This document shows, in pieces, positions 36,749-46,259 of a DNA stretch of 64,000 nt; the stretch's first letter is position 1; every line of letters begins with the position of its first letter. Origin of the DNA: Clostridiales bacterium. Lineage in GTDB: Bacteria; Bacillota; Clostridia; Saccharofermentanales; Saccharofermentanaceae. The position numbers and the translations under genes were made by a program. The DNA lies in the NCBI GenBank assembly GCA_017510605.1, contig JAFWMQ010000008.1:82234-146233 (forward strand), written 5' to 3'. The notes under the pieces were generated by a model, which was not told the DNA's origin, made no database searches, and was given only the letters and a program-made list of their open reading frames with translations.

Positions 36749-37474
36749 ATGCTCAGCATCGTCGTGCCTGCCTATAACGAAGGCGAACACATCTATGATA
36801 ATCTCATGATCATTGACAAGGCGCTCAGTGCGTTTACGTCAGATTATGAGATCATAGCGGTCAACGACGGCAGCAAGGATAATACCGGCAGCGAAGTCAG
36901 GCGCGCGGCTTCCGATAACAGCAGGATTAAAGACTTCGGTTATGATGACAACCGCGGTAAAGGCGGAGCGGTAGCCTGGGGTGCCGTAAACAGCAAAGGT
37001 GATATCGTTGGATTCATTGATGCCGATCTTGACCTGTCACCTGATCTTATCAGCGGCTATTTTGTGGAAATGAGCGTTGATGGTGCAGATATCGTCATCG
37101 GCTCGAAGATGCATAAGGATTCCAAACTCGAATATCCTTTTGCCAGAAAAGTATTCTCTTTCTGCTATTACATCATGTTAAAGGTCCTGTTCGGCCTTAA
37201 GTGCCATGATACTCAGACCGGTCTTAAGCTCTACAAGGGTTCGCTCATAAGAGAGATCGCTCCCTTAAGGAGAATTGACGGGTACGCATTCGATATAGAA
37301 CTTTTGGCACTGGCTACCAAGAAGAAGGCCAAGCTTGTGGAAATGCCTGTCGAGCTAAACTACACAAGAGGACAGTCTTTTGGAAGGATCAAGTTCAAGG
37401 ATGTTTGGAAGATGTTCACCGATACCTGGAAGATCTGGTGGAATCTGAGAATTAAGAAGAATTATTTTAAGTGA
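36749..37474 (+). CDS. GT2 glycosyltransferase (polyprenol-phosphate glycosyltransferase-like)
   Basis: SIVVPAYNE, VNDGSKD, GKGGAV, FIDADL, DTQTGLK, FDIELL. Confidence 0.92.
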   Translation: MLSIVVPAYNEGEHIYDNLMIIDKALSAFTSDYEIIAVNDGSKDNTGSEVRRAASDNSRIKDFGYDDNRGKGGAVAWGAVNSKGDIVGFIDADLDLSPDLISGYFVEMSVDGADIVIGSKMHKDSKLEYPFARKVFSFCYYIMLKVLFGLKCHDTQTGLKLYKGSLIREIAPLRRIDGYAFDIELLALATKKKAKLVEMPVELNYTRGQSFGRIKFKDVWKMFTDTWKIWWNLRIKKNYFK

Positions 37475-37682
37475 GCCCTGAATCAGGAATCCCTATAAAA
37501 AAATTAACGAAATCTGACCAGTTGTGATAGCATGCGGACAGAACGCAAATTGCCACACTTTTTTGCGCATTTTGACATGAAAACGAAATGAATTGATAAG
37601 GCAAAAATATCCATGTTGAGTTATACTATCTGCGGCGAAAATCGCCTTTGATATTATCAAATCTTTAGAGGTTCAAATAGCT

Positions 37683-38258
37683 TTGCGATTTGCAAAACGT
37701 ATAACGGAATATAAACTTGCAAAAGACCTGTTTACCCGTGGCAAAGATATCATCTTAAGCCCTGAGGCACAGGAAATGAAGAAGTATATCCAGCATGGCG
37801 AGACTACTGTTTTCGAGCACTGTGTGGCAGTTGCCAAGTACAGTCTTCTTATTGCTTATTTTCTCGAGAGAACACTTAAGATCGGAGTGGATAAGGACAG
37901 CCTCGTAAAGGGCGCGCTCCTTCATGATTACTTCCTTTACGATTGGCATTTCAAAGATCATCCGAACAGATTCCACGGATTCACGCATCCTTCAGTTGCC
38001 AGAAATAATGCTGACAGGGATTTTGAACTTAATGACGTTGAGAGGGACATTATAGCCAAGCACATGTTCCCGCTGACACCTTTCCTTCCCATGTACCGTG
38101 AGAGTTTTATCGTAAGTATTGCTGATAAGTGGTGCGCTTTGGCAGAGACATTTAAGATCGACGTATCTTCCTACATTATTTATCGTATCAATTTTGGTAT
38201 TGCCCTTGCCAACGGCGATTATTCCATCGATTACGGAGAGACCGCAATAGAGGTCTGA
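37683..38258 (+). CDS. HD-domain phosphohydrolase
   Basis: EHCVAVA, LLHDYFLYDWH, HGFTHP, IAKHMFP; TTG start. Confidence 0.85.
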   Translation: MRFAKRITEYKLAKDLFTRGKDIILSPEAQEMKKYIQHGETTVFEHCVAVAKYSLLIAYFLERTLKIGVDKDSLVKGALLHDYFLYDWHFKDHPNRFHGFTHPSVARNNADRDFELNDVERDIIAKHMFPLTPFLPMYRESFIVSIADKWCALAETFKIDVSSYIIYRINFGIALANGDYSIDYGETAIEV

Positions 38259-38300
38259 TCCGGCTTGTAGTTACGGACTGTTCTTACGTATAATATCTTC

Positions 38301-38792
38301 ATGCGTATCGAGAATCTCACAACACTGATCTACATTACCAGGGGCAGCGATTGTCTCTTTATCAGAAAGACCAGAAAAGGTGATATGAACCTTGATAAGT
38401 ATCTCGGTATCGGAGGCCACTTCGAATCTGATGAATCTCCCGAAGAATGTGTATTAAGGGAGTTGTATGAAGAATCCAAGATCTCTTCAGACTCACTTGG
38501 TGATTTCTCTTACAGAGGCCTCATCACGTTTATCTCTTCTGAATACCCGACAGAATACATGCACGTTTTCACGGCGTCTTTACCGGAAGTTTTTGACCTT
38601 CCCGTAACGGACAATGATGAGGGTGAACTCTGCTGGGTACCATTGTCAGATATTAAAGAACTTCCGATCTGGGAAGGTGACAAGATAATGTTTGATCATC
38701 TGTTTGGCTGTAAAAAGGACTCAGGATTCTTTTCTATGAAATTCCGCTATGAGGGTGACAGGCTTGTCTCACACGAAGAGACAAGCTGGTAA
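38301..38792 (+). CDS. NUDIX hydrolase (8-oxo-dGTP diphosphatase-like)
   Basis: Nudix box GGHFESDESPEECVLRELYEES; IWEGD. Confidence 0.9.
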   Translation: MRIENLTTLIYITRGSDCLFIRKTRKGDMNLDKYLGIGGHFESDESPEECVLRELYEESKISSDSLGDFSYRGLITFISSEYPTEYMHVFTASLPEVFDLPVTDNDEGELCWVPLSDIKELPIWEGDKIMFDHLFGCKKDSGFFSMKFRYEGDRLVSHEETSW

Positions 38793-38800
38793 TCGGGTTG

Positions 38801-39024
38801 TTGTCAGCTAATGACAAATGTGTTATATTTCACCTGATCAAATCTAAAGAAAGGCGCTTCTTATATGCATTGGATTACACCTAACATCCATCTTATGTTT
38901 GGTTCCATCAAGGGGTCCTATGGGAGAAGTCTGCCTGTTTGTAGGAAATAAACACCTTAAGATCAACTTAAAAATAGATGGCTTCTCCTTTGTTCTTAAT
39001 TAGGATCAAGGAGATTTTTTATTT
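38801..39024 (+). promoter_or_regulatory. Promoter plus leader-peptide attenuator of the MFS gene
   Basis: TTGTCA, 17 nt, TATATT; uORF 38865-38951; hairpin 38984-39014 covering SD AAGGAG, followed by a T-run; alternative pairing GGAGAAGTC/GGCTTCTCC. Confidence 0.65.
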
Positions 39025-40119
39025 ATGTCGAAATTAAATATCAAAAGGCAGCTGGGTCTGCTGTACATATCAAACTTCATGTTCAACATCTCAATCGCCG
39101 GCGCGGCGTGGGTGTTGCTGCTGGTATCTGACGGTTATTCGCTGGTTCAGGTAGGCTTTGCGGAAACAGTGTTCCATATAGTGAGTCTTATGGCCGAGAT
39201 CCCGTCAGGCATGTTCGCGGATGTTTTCGGGCGGAAAAAGAGTCTTATCTTAAGCTGTGTTATGTCAATGATGTCAGCAGCCGTCAGGGGTTTCCTGCCG
39301 GGTTTTCCGTGCGTTCTCATATCGATCGCATTTTCCGCTCTGTCCTATAATTTCATCTCCGGAAGTGACAGCGCAATAGCTTACGATTCCCTCGTCGAGG
39401 AAGGACAGCAGGACAAGTACGACAAATACATATCCACTCAGACGGCAATCTACCGGATATCAAACGGCATTGCCACACTGTTTGCAGGCGTGGCTGTGAT
39501 CATGGGCAACAGAAATGCGCAGATGCTTTCGATCGGAATATCTCTAGTAAACATGACCTTCCTTCTTTTCCTGCGCGAAAACAAAGTCATCCTGAAAAAG
39601 AGCGGTGATTCTCTTGGCAAACGCATAAAATATGTTTACTCGGGCGCTTTCGGATTTCTCAAAGGCAACAGGAAAGTCGCCGGATTGATATTCAGAAATG
39701 CTCTTGTGGGCGGTATTGATGTCCTTCTTTTATTCTTCCTTCAGGCGAAGCTTCCTATGACGGGAATTCCTGACTGGACTCTGGGGCCGTTGCTTTTCAT
39801 TATGTCGATGGGCGGCATATTTGGCGCGCTTGCCGCGCGTAAGGTGAAGAAGACTACACTCAGTAAATTATTCGTTTTCTGCATCTCGCTCGCGCTGATA
39901 GGTTTGGTAAGCGAATTTACGGGTGTATGGTATCTGATGACATTAGGAGGATTTCTGACCGCTTTTGCGGATGACCTCATACAGATCAGATCCGACATCG
40001 CTCTTAATCAGATGGTTCCTGCAGAACAGAGGGCTACATTGATATCGGTCAACTCGTTTTGCTTCTCGTGTATCATGATCGTCATGTCACCTCTGGCAGG
40101 GTATGTTTTCTCCATATGA
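39025..40119 (+). CDS. MFS transporter
   Basis: Multiple TM helices; EIPSGMFADVFGRKKS (motif A-like); EQRATLISVNS. Confidence 0.92.
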   Translation: MSKLNIKRQLGLLYISNFMFNISIAGAAWVLLLVSDGYSLVQVGFAETVFHIVSLMAEIPSGMFADVFGRKKSLILSCVMSMMSAAVRGFLPGFPCVLISIAFSALSYNFISGSDSAIAYDSLVEEGQQDKYDKYISTQTAIYRISNGIATLFAGVAVIMGNRNAQMLSIGISLVNMTFLLFLRENKVILKKSGDSLGKRIKYVYSGAFGFLKGNRKVAGLIFRNALVGGIDVLLLFFLQAKLPMTGIPDWTLGPLLFIMSMGGIFGALAARKVKKTTLSKLFVFCISLALIGLVSEFTGVWYLMTLGGFLTAFADDLIQIRSDIALNQMVPAEQRATLISVNSFCFSCIMIVMSPLAGYVFSI

Positions 40120-40191
40120 TCGGAATAAATCTGAATAATCAAATAATGGTATAATTTTTCCATTATGGAGAATTGTAGGAGGAGAATTAGC

Positions 40192-40878
40192 TTGAGGAAA
40201 AAAGCATTGAAGATACAGGCAGTGCTTGTCATCATGGCGATGGCATTATCCATCGTTTTCACCGGGTGCAGCAATATTAATCCGGAAATGAAGATTACGA
40301 TCGACGGCAAGGATTTCCAATTGGACTGTAAGGTCAAAGATATCCTTGACGCAGGTTTTGAATTGGGCGAAACAGGTCACAAAAGCAGCATAATCAAGGA
40401 GTTTCCTGATCTTGAAGCGAGAACCATGATTTCTTCCAGCTTCTACATTTTCAAGGACGGCGTTCCGGCTAATGTCGGCATCGGTGTTTACAACAAGTCT
40501 TACCAGGCAGAGAAATTTGAAGAATGTACCGTATACGAATTCAAATATGACTGTGACCAGTATGCGTACAGGGCTAATGAGGGCAAATGCCTCGATGTAA
40601 AGTTTAATGGCATCGATTTCCATTTTACTGACAGACAGCAGGTTATAGGTGATCTTGAAGGCCAGGGATTCAAATTCGATGAGAAGGATAAGACAAACTT
40701 CCTTGCCAATAATGATCCGTATTCGGATTCGCTCATGAGTGCAAAGGGCCTTTTTGAGCGTCATCTTACTATATTCAATAACTACGATTACGAATCGGGA
40801 AACAGGTTTATCAACGGATTTGAATTTGCGATAAAGCTTGATTATGATACCAGCGGGGCATGGACAGAGCCCAAATAA
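40192..40878 (+). CDS. Hypothetical lipoprotein
   Basis: TTG start after AGGAGG; lipobox VFTGC. Confidence 0.72.
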   Translation: MRKKALKIQAVLVIMAMALSIVFTGCSNINPEMKITIDGKDFQLDCKVKDILDAGFELGETGHKSSIIKEFPDLEARTMISSSFYIFKDGVPANVGIGVYNKSYQAEKFEECTVYEFKYDCDQYAYRANEGKCLDVKFNGIDFHFTDRQQVIGDLEGQGFKFDEKDKTNFLANNDPYSDSLMSAKGLFERHLTIFNNYDYESGNRFINGFEFAIKLDYDTSGAWTEPK

Positions 40879-40885
40879 ATGCTAT

Positions 40886-41500
40886 ATGAAGATTTACGAT
40901 ATCTCACAGGAAGTATTCGGCTGCGCAGTCTATCCGGGAGATCCTTCTCCGGAGAGAATTGAGATGCTGAAGATCAGTGACGGGGCAGTCTGTAATCTGA
41001 CAGCTCTGAAGATGTGTGCTCACAACGGAACGCACGTTGATGCTCCGTACCACTTTATTGGTGACGGAAGGACAATAGATCAGGTCGACATTAAGAGATT
41101 CATCGGCTATGCCTTTGTTGCTTCCCATGAAGGTGACCTTACTGCAGAAGACGCAGCGAAAATAATTGCTTCCGCAAAAAAGGCTTCAGATAATTCAGAC
41201 ATCAACGATTGCGATTGTTATAACAGGATCCTTGTAAAGGGGAATGTAACCGTTACAGAGGAAGCAGCAAAGGTATTTGCAGATAATAATATCCTGCTTT
41301 ATGGCAATGAATCCCAGACAGTCGGACCTCTTGAATCGCCGATGGCTGTTCACCTGATAATGCTCGGAGCAGAGATCGTGCTTCTTGAAGGCATTAGATT
41401 AGGCGAGGTAAGTGAAGGCATCTATTTACTTAATGCATCTCCGATCAATCTGGGCGGCTCTGACGGAGCGCCATGCAGAGCTGTTCTGATGGAAATCTGA
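40886..41500 (+). CDS. Cyclase family metal hydrolase (kynurenine formamidase-like)
   Basis: VYPGDP, HNGTHVDAPYHF, VHLIML, LLEG, DGAPCRAV. Confidence 0.9.
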   Translation: MKIYDISQEVFGCAVYPGDPSPERIEMLKISDGAVCNLTALKMCAHNGTHVDAPYHFIGDGRTIDQVDIKRFIGYAFVASHEGDLTAEDAAKIIASAKKASDNSDINDCDCYNRILVKGNVTVTEEAAKVFADNNILLYGNESQTVGPLESPMAVHLIMLGAEIVLLEGIRLGEVSEGIYLLNASPINLGGSDGAPCRAVLMEI

Positions 41501-41522
41501 ACTGAATAAGGGGAGCCTTTTT

Positions 41523-41957
41523 ATGATCGATTACGAGATAACTGATAAGATCACACCGGAAGAGTATATGGAATTGAGAAGGAAAGTCGGCTGGGGAGAA
41601 TTCCCGCTGGAGCAGGCTTCTAAGGGACTGGCAGGTTCATTTATCCTTATCTGTTATCGTGTTGACGGAAAGCCTGTAGGACTCGGCAGGGCAATCTCAG
41701 ACAACGGTTATGTGGTTTATATTGCCGATGTTATAGTGGTTCCGGAATACCAGGGACAGGGTCTTGGAAGAATGATAATGAATACGCTTCTGAATAAGAT
41801 CAAGGAGTCCCTGGAACCCGGATACAGGGTCATGATCAGTCTTCTTGCGGCAAAAGGAAAAGAGGGTTTCTATAAGAAGTTCGGCTTTGTCCAACGACCT
41901 GACGAGGATTTCGGATGCGGTATGCATCAGTGGTATGAGAAAACACCGCAGCAGTAA
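41523..41957 (+). CDS. GNAT N-acetyltransferase
   Basis: DVIVVPEYQGQGLG; KEGFYKKFGF. Confidence 0.9.
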   Translation: MIDYEITDKITPEEYMELRRKVGWGEFPLEQASKGLAGSFILICYRVDGKPVGLGRAISDNGYVVYIADVIVVPEYQGQGLGRMIMNTLLNKIKESLEPGYRVMISLLAAKGKEGFYKKFGFVQRPDEDFGCGMHQWYEKTPQQ

Positions 41958-42063
41958 AAATGTGAATAAGGATAATTTTCGATAAACAAGTCTCTGAATA
42001 GTGTCACCTTTGGTTTTGCGGAGTATAATAAAGTAATAAATATTTTAGTTTTAGAGGGTATCT

Positions 42064-43473
42064 TTGGTGGACTATAAGGATTTTGTTGCAAGTTTTAAAC
42101 GTGTAGCCTGTGTTATCTCTGTTAACCTTAAAGAAGAGCATAATGACAACAGATACATAATTATCGATGCAAATGATGCTTACAAGAGGACTGTCGTTAA
42201 GTCATTGGATGACTTTATGACAAATGTTCCTTATACAAGGTATATCAAGAAAGCATCTAATTTCGAGGACCTCTGCGACACTTGTGTTATCTCAAATATA
42301 CCTATCCATACATATTTTGATATTGAATTATACAATGCCTGGATGGAAGTGTTCCTGATGCCTTTGGAATCAGGAGATCCGGACAAGGGCCTTCTCCTGT
42401 TTTCTTATGAGATGAATCCCAAGGCTGATGTTGATAAACTTGCCGATATCTCTTCCGAGACCGCAACGAATGTCATCAAGACATGTCTGAAGCTTCGCGA
42501 GACACCTGATTTCGGGGAAGCAATGAAAGCTGTAATCAAAGACATACGCAGGCAGTGCGGATCGCCAAGATGCAGTATCCTTCTGACCGATTACGAGAAA
42601 AGAGAATACTCGCTTCTTTGTGAAGATTATGACGAGTCTGATCCGAACCAGATGCCGATGTCGGTTTTCCTCGACGAAGAATTTTATAAGGTAATCGAGA
42701 CATGGCCAAAGCTGATTGATAAGAGTAACTGTTTCATCATTTCTAATGAAAGAGATATGGATGAGGCCTCTAAGATCGCTCCCGAGTGGATCAGTTCATT
42801 AAGAAGCGTCGGTGTTGAAAGGATTGTCATCTATCCGCTCAGATCAGATAACAAAACTATCGGTTATATATGGGCAGGCAATTTTGCAGCAGAGAAGACT
42901 CTTATGATCAAAGAGACGCTCGGCCTTACTGCATTTATCCTTTCAGCAGAGATTGCAAATGAACAGAATATACGCAAGATGAAGATTATGAGTTCCACCG
43001 ATCTTCTTACGGGAGTATATAACCGTAATGCGATGAATAACAGGATCAGCGAGGACGTCAACGGCAATAACGTGATCAGGAAGCCCTTCGGAGTTTTCTT
43101 CATTGACGTTAACGGTCTTAAGACTATTAATGATACACAGGGACACATCGCAGGAGATAATCTCCTTAAAGATGTAGCGTCTGCGCTTAAGGAACTTGAT
43201 AACAAAAATATGGAGATCTACAGGGTCGGCGGCGATGAATTCATGATCATTCTGCCAAATACGACTCCTGCTGAATTCCTGAGCCTGGAAGAACAGCTAA
43301 AGGCAAATTGCGAGCGGCCTAACAGGGCTCATTTTGCAGTCGGTTCATGTCACAGTGACGAGAATGATGATATCCGCAGAGCAATGCAGAAGGCTGATGC
43401 CAGGATGTATGATGTCAAGGAAGAATACTATTCAAGACATCCTGAATACGAGTGGCATAACAAACCTGTATGA
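42064..43473 (+). CDS. GAF-containing diguanylate cyclase
   Basis: DLLTGVYNR, DVNGLKTIND, YRVGGDEF, ADARMY. Confidence 0.92.
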   Translation: MVDYKDFVASFKRVACVISVNLKEEHNDNRYIIIDANDAYKRTVVKSLDDFMTNVPYTRYIKKASNFEDLCDTCVISNIPIHTYFDIELYNAWMEVFLMPLESGDPDKGLLLFSYEMNPKADVDKLADISSETATNVIKTCLKLRETPDFGEAMKAVIKDIRRQCGSPRCSILLTDYEKREYSLLCEDYDESDPNQMPMSVFLDEEFYKVIETWPKLIDKSNCFIISNERDMDEASKIAPEWISSLRSVGVERIVIYPLRSDNKTIGYIWAGNFAAEKTLMIKETLGLTAFILSAEIANEQNIRKMKIMSSTDLLTGVYNRNAMNNRISEDVNGNNVIRKPFGVFFIDVNGLKTINDTQGHIAGDNLLKDVASALKELDNKNMEIYRVGGDEFMIILPNTTPAEFLSLEEQLKANCERPNRAHFAVGSCHSDENDDIRRAMQKADARMYDVKEEYYSRHPEYEWHNKPV

Positions 43474-43483
43474 CGCTGATAAA

Positions 43484-46066
43484 TTACCTGAACTTTTCGA
43501 GCCTGATGAGATGTTCCTCGTCAGGTTCTTTTATGCCGTTCTTGTAGTTATATCCCATCCTGAGATAGAAAGGAACACCGGTGATGGAAGCGGGTATTTC
43601 TATCCTTTTTGCTCTTAAGAAGAACTCGTCTTTCTCCAGAGCGTTGATTATAAAATGTCCGACGCCCATATGCTGGTATTCAGGCAATACGAAAATCGTG
43701 AAAAGACTGCTCTCATCTTCCTTGCCCCAATAAGGTCCGATGGCACCGCATCCTATGATAGAACCTCCGAGTTCAACCACATAGAAATGTGTCCATGATG
43801 CCATCTCAAGGAGATGCTCGGGAGTCTCTGAAGCAATCAGCTGATCCATCAATTCCTTAGGATAATCCTTGGTGTTGGATATGCTGATAGTCTTCCTGAT
43901 AAGTTGTGAGACCTGTTCAGCATCACGTTCTTCAATACGTCTTATGGACAGGCTTCTATTCTGATCCGGTGCAGGTGCAACCGGGACAGGCGCTGCAGTA
44001 TCTGTCCTGACATTTTGATCCTGTGCCTGAGGCTTTGCTTTAGGAGCGTTCGTAAGTATCCTCGACTCGTATTCTTCCTTGGGCATAGGCTTGGAATAAT
44101 AGTAACCCTGGATCATATTGCATCCTTCTGCGGCAAGGAAATCAACCTGTTCCTGGTCTTCGACGCCTTCAGCAACAGTCGTCATGTTAAGCTTCTTGGC
44201 AAGCTGCAGTGCTTCAGCTACAACGATCTCGGTTCTTTCATTGTCTTTATCTCCCTTGAAGAAACCGGCATCGAGTTTCAGGATATCAAGAGGCATATCC
44301 TTAAGGGAATTCAGGGAAGAATAACCGGAACCGAAGTCATCCATGGAGACAAGGAATCCGTATTCCTTCAGTTTTCTGATCGTTGAGAGCATTAATTTCT
44401 TATCATCGAAGAATGCGCTCTCCGTTAACTCAATCTCGATCAGATCATGCGGAGCCCCTTCCTTGTCGACCATATCCCTGAGCTGTTCGGCAAGGTTTGT
44501 TTCTCCGAAATGGGCACGTGATACGTTGACGGATACCGGCACACAATTCTTTCCTTCATCCAGCCACTTTTTCTGGTCTCTTGCAACATGGGAAACCATA
44601 TAGTGATCGATCTCTGTAATGAAGCCGCTGTTCTCGAAAATAGGTATAAATTCACCCGGAGCAACAAAGCCCATATCATCGGATATCCATCTGATAAGAG
44701 CCTCAGCACCCATAAGTTCATTGGTGCGCGGATTATATTTGGGCTGGTAGTAGATCTTGAATTCTTCCTTCTCGATGGCTTCTCTCTGTCTCTCGGTAAC
44801 CTTATCGATCCATTTCTCGTCTTCAACAAGTTTCTGGTCGAAGAACGCGATTCCCGTATCATCATTGCCTTCAAGTGTCATCCGTGCAGAGGATGCGTTA
44901 TTGTAGAGAAGATCTATATCCGCATTCTTTCTGACAGAGGCATCAATCATGCAAATACCGGCCTGGAACTTGAAGTCGTGATCACCGCCGATGGATTCAA
45001 GACGCTTGATTATCGTCATGAGTTTCTCGCGGGCATGCTCAGGGTTATCTGCCAGCATAAGGATAGGGAAATTCGCTATAGTGCTGTGAGCACATGCTTC
45101 GCGGCGTTCATCAAGAGAACCGTTAATTATTTTCCACAGATTTTTAAGAGTCGTCTCACCTGCCTCAACGGAGTGGCAGAGAACGTAGTTCCTGTATCTG
45201 ACGAAAGAAAGACTTACCATCGCATACTGGTGATTGCCGCGTCTTTTACGCAGAAGTTCCATACTTCTTATGGCAAACCAGAACCAGTTGTGGTCTTTGG
45301 TGATATTGTCGCTGAAAACGAGTTTTCTCATTTTCCGGTTGTTTTTGTGTGTCCTTAATATGTTGGATAAAAGAACAATGAAGATAATGATGACGACAAT
45401 ATAGGCGGCTCCGAAGAAACCTGCAAAATAACCCATATCATCAAGAGAAAGCTCAAAATATGTTTTAAATGCTATTGTCTCAGCGCCGTCCTTCACTATA
45501 AATGCGGTCCAATAAGGAATATAGACCGTTCTGTCTTTGTATAGCTTTTTGAGCATATCCATTGAACCGATGACATCATTAAAATTGGGAATGATCTTAT
45601 TTTCCGTGACGGTAACATATTCTGTATCCCTGTCAGAGAAGAAATATACCGGCATTGCGAGCATATCCTCAAAAGCATCCGTGCGTAATTCCTCATCGCC
45701 GATCCTGATAACACTTACGGTTTCATTATCCTCATCTTTTTCGATCTTTGTCAGATTAGCTGTTGCTTCACCATGCGACCGGATGATATTCATATCACTG
45801 TCGGCGATAATCCAGTCGTAACCTGAGCTGTTGAGGGTATTTATAACGGTTCCTTTCTGTGCTATTGGAGCTTCATCGTAGAGCTTGGCGAGCACACGTG
45901 TGCTGTCAATATCCGCCTTGCCTTTGAGTGATGAAGTATAAGAAGAGAAAAATTCATAAGCCAGTTTTATTAGAAAGCATGAAAATATGAATATTAACGT
46001 ATAAACGATAAGCGGAAATACTATCCTGTTCTTTGGAAGCTGATATCTTTTTGATCTTTTTGCCAT
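43484..46066 (-). CDS. Membrane sensor, degenerate GGDEF, EAL phosphodiesterase, GNAT fusion
   Basis: Two TM; EALIRW, DDFGSGYSSL, EGVE; P/A/Q linker; IFVLPEYQHMGVG and FYLRMGY. Confidence 0.88.
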   Translation of the reverse strand: MAKRSKRYQLPKNRIVFPLIVYTLIFIFSCFLIKLAYEFFSSYTSSLKGKADIDSTRVLAKLYDEAPIAQKGTVINTLNSSGYDWIIADSDMNIIRSHGEATANLTKIEKDEDNETVSVIRIGDEELRTDAFEDMLAMPVYFFSDRDTEYVTVTENKIIPNFNDVIGSMDMLKKLYKDRTVYIPYWTAFIVKDGAETIAFKTYFELSLDDMGYFAGFFGAAYIVVIIIFIVLLSNILRTHKNNRKMRKLVFSDNITKDHNWFWFAIRSMELLRKRRGNHQYAMVSLSFVRYRNYVLCHSVEAGETTLKNLWKIINGSLDERREACAHSTIANFPILMLADNPEHAREKLMTIIKRLESIGGDHDFKFQAGICMIDASVRKNADIDLLYNNASSARMTLEGNDDTGIAFFDQKLVEDEKWIDKVTERQREAIEKEEFKIYYQPKYNPRTNELMGAEALIRWISDDMGFVAPGEFIPIFENSGFITEIDHYMVSHVARDQKKWLDEGKNCVPVSVNVSRAHFGETNLAEQLRDMVDKEGAPHDLIEIELTESAFFDDKKLMLSTIRKLKEYGFLVSMDDFGSGYSSLNSLKDMPLDILKLDAGFFKGDKDNERTEIVVAEALQLAKKLNMTTVAEGVEDQEQVDFLAAEGCNMIQGYYYSKPMPKEEYESRILTNAPKAKPQAQDQNVRTDTAAPVPVAPAPDQNRSLSIRRIEERDAEQVSQLIRKTISISNTKDYPKELMDQLIASETPEHLLEMASWTHFYVVELGGSIIGCGAIGPYWGKEDESSLFTIFVLPEYQHMGVGHFIINALEKDEFFLRAKRIEIPASITGVPFYLRMGYNYKNGIKEPDEEHLIRLEKFR

Positions 46067-46141
46067 TTCTGATCTACCCCTGAATTCCTTATAATTGCAT
46101 TATATCACGCAGGAAAAGCGATTTTCGTATAGATAAAGATA

Positions 46142-46220
46142 TTTAAGAAATAATTAAGGGTGAGGGTCACAATTAAGGTTATGTTAAGGTTTAGCGGGTT
46201 ATATGTTAAGGTTGTTTAAG
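46142..46220 (+). promoter_or_regulatory. Three pairs of NTTAAG direct repeats (response-regulator box-like)
   Basis: Hexamers at 46142/46153, 46172/46183 and 46205/46215 (periods 11, 11, 10). Confidence 0.6.
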
Positions 46221-46259
46221 TATTATTATCTTGCGAATACGAAAAAGGGGAGTAGGAGT

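Noticed and set aside
37475-37682. c-di-GMP-I riboswitch or other ncRNA upstream of the HD gene
   Set aside because: GCAAA words and a small GGCGA-aaa-TCGCC hairpin are present, but the two-stem GEMM architecture cannot be built.
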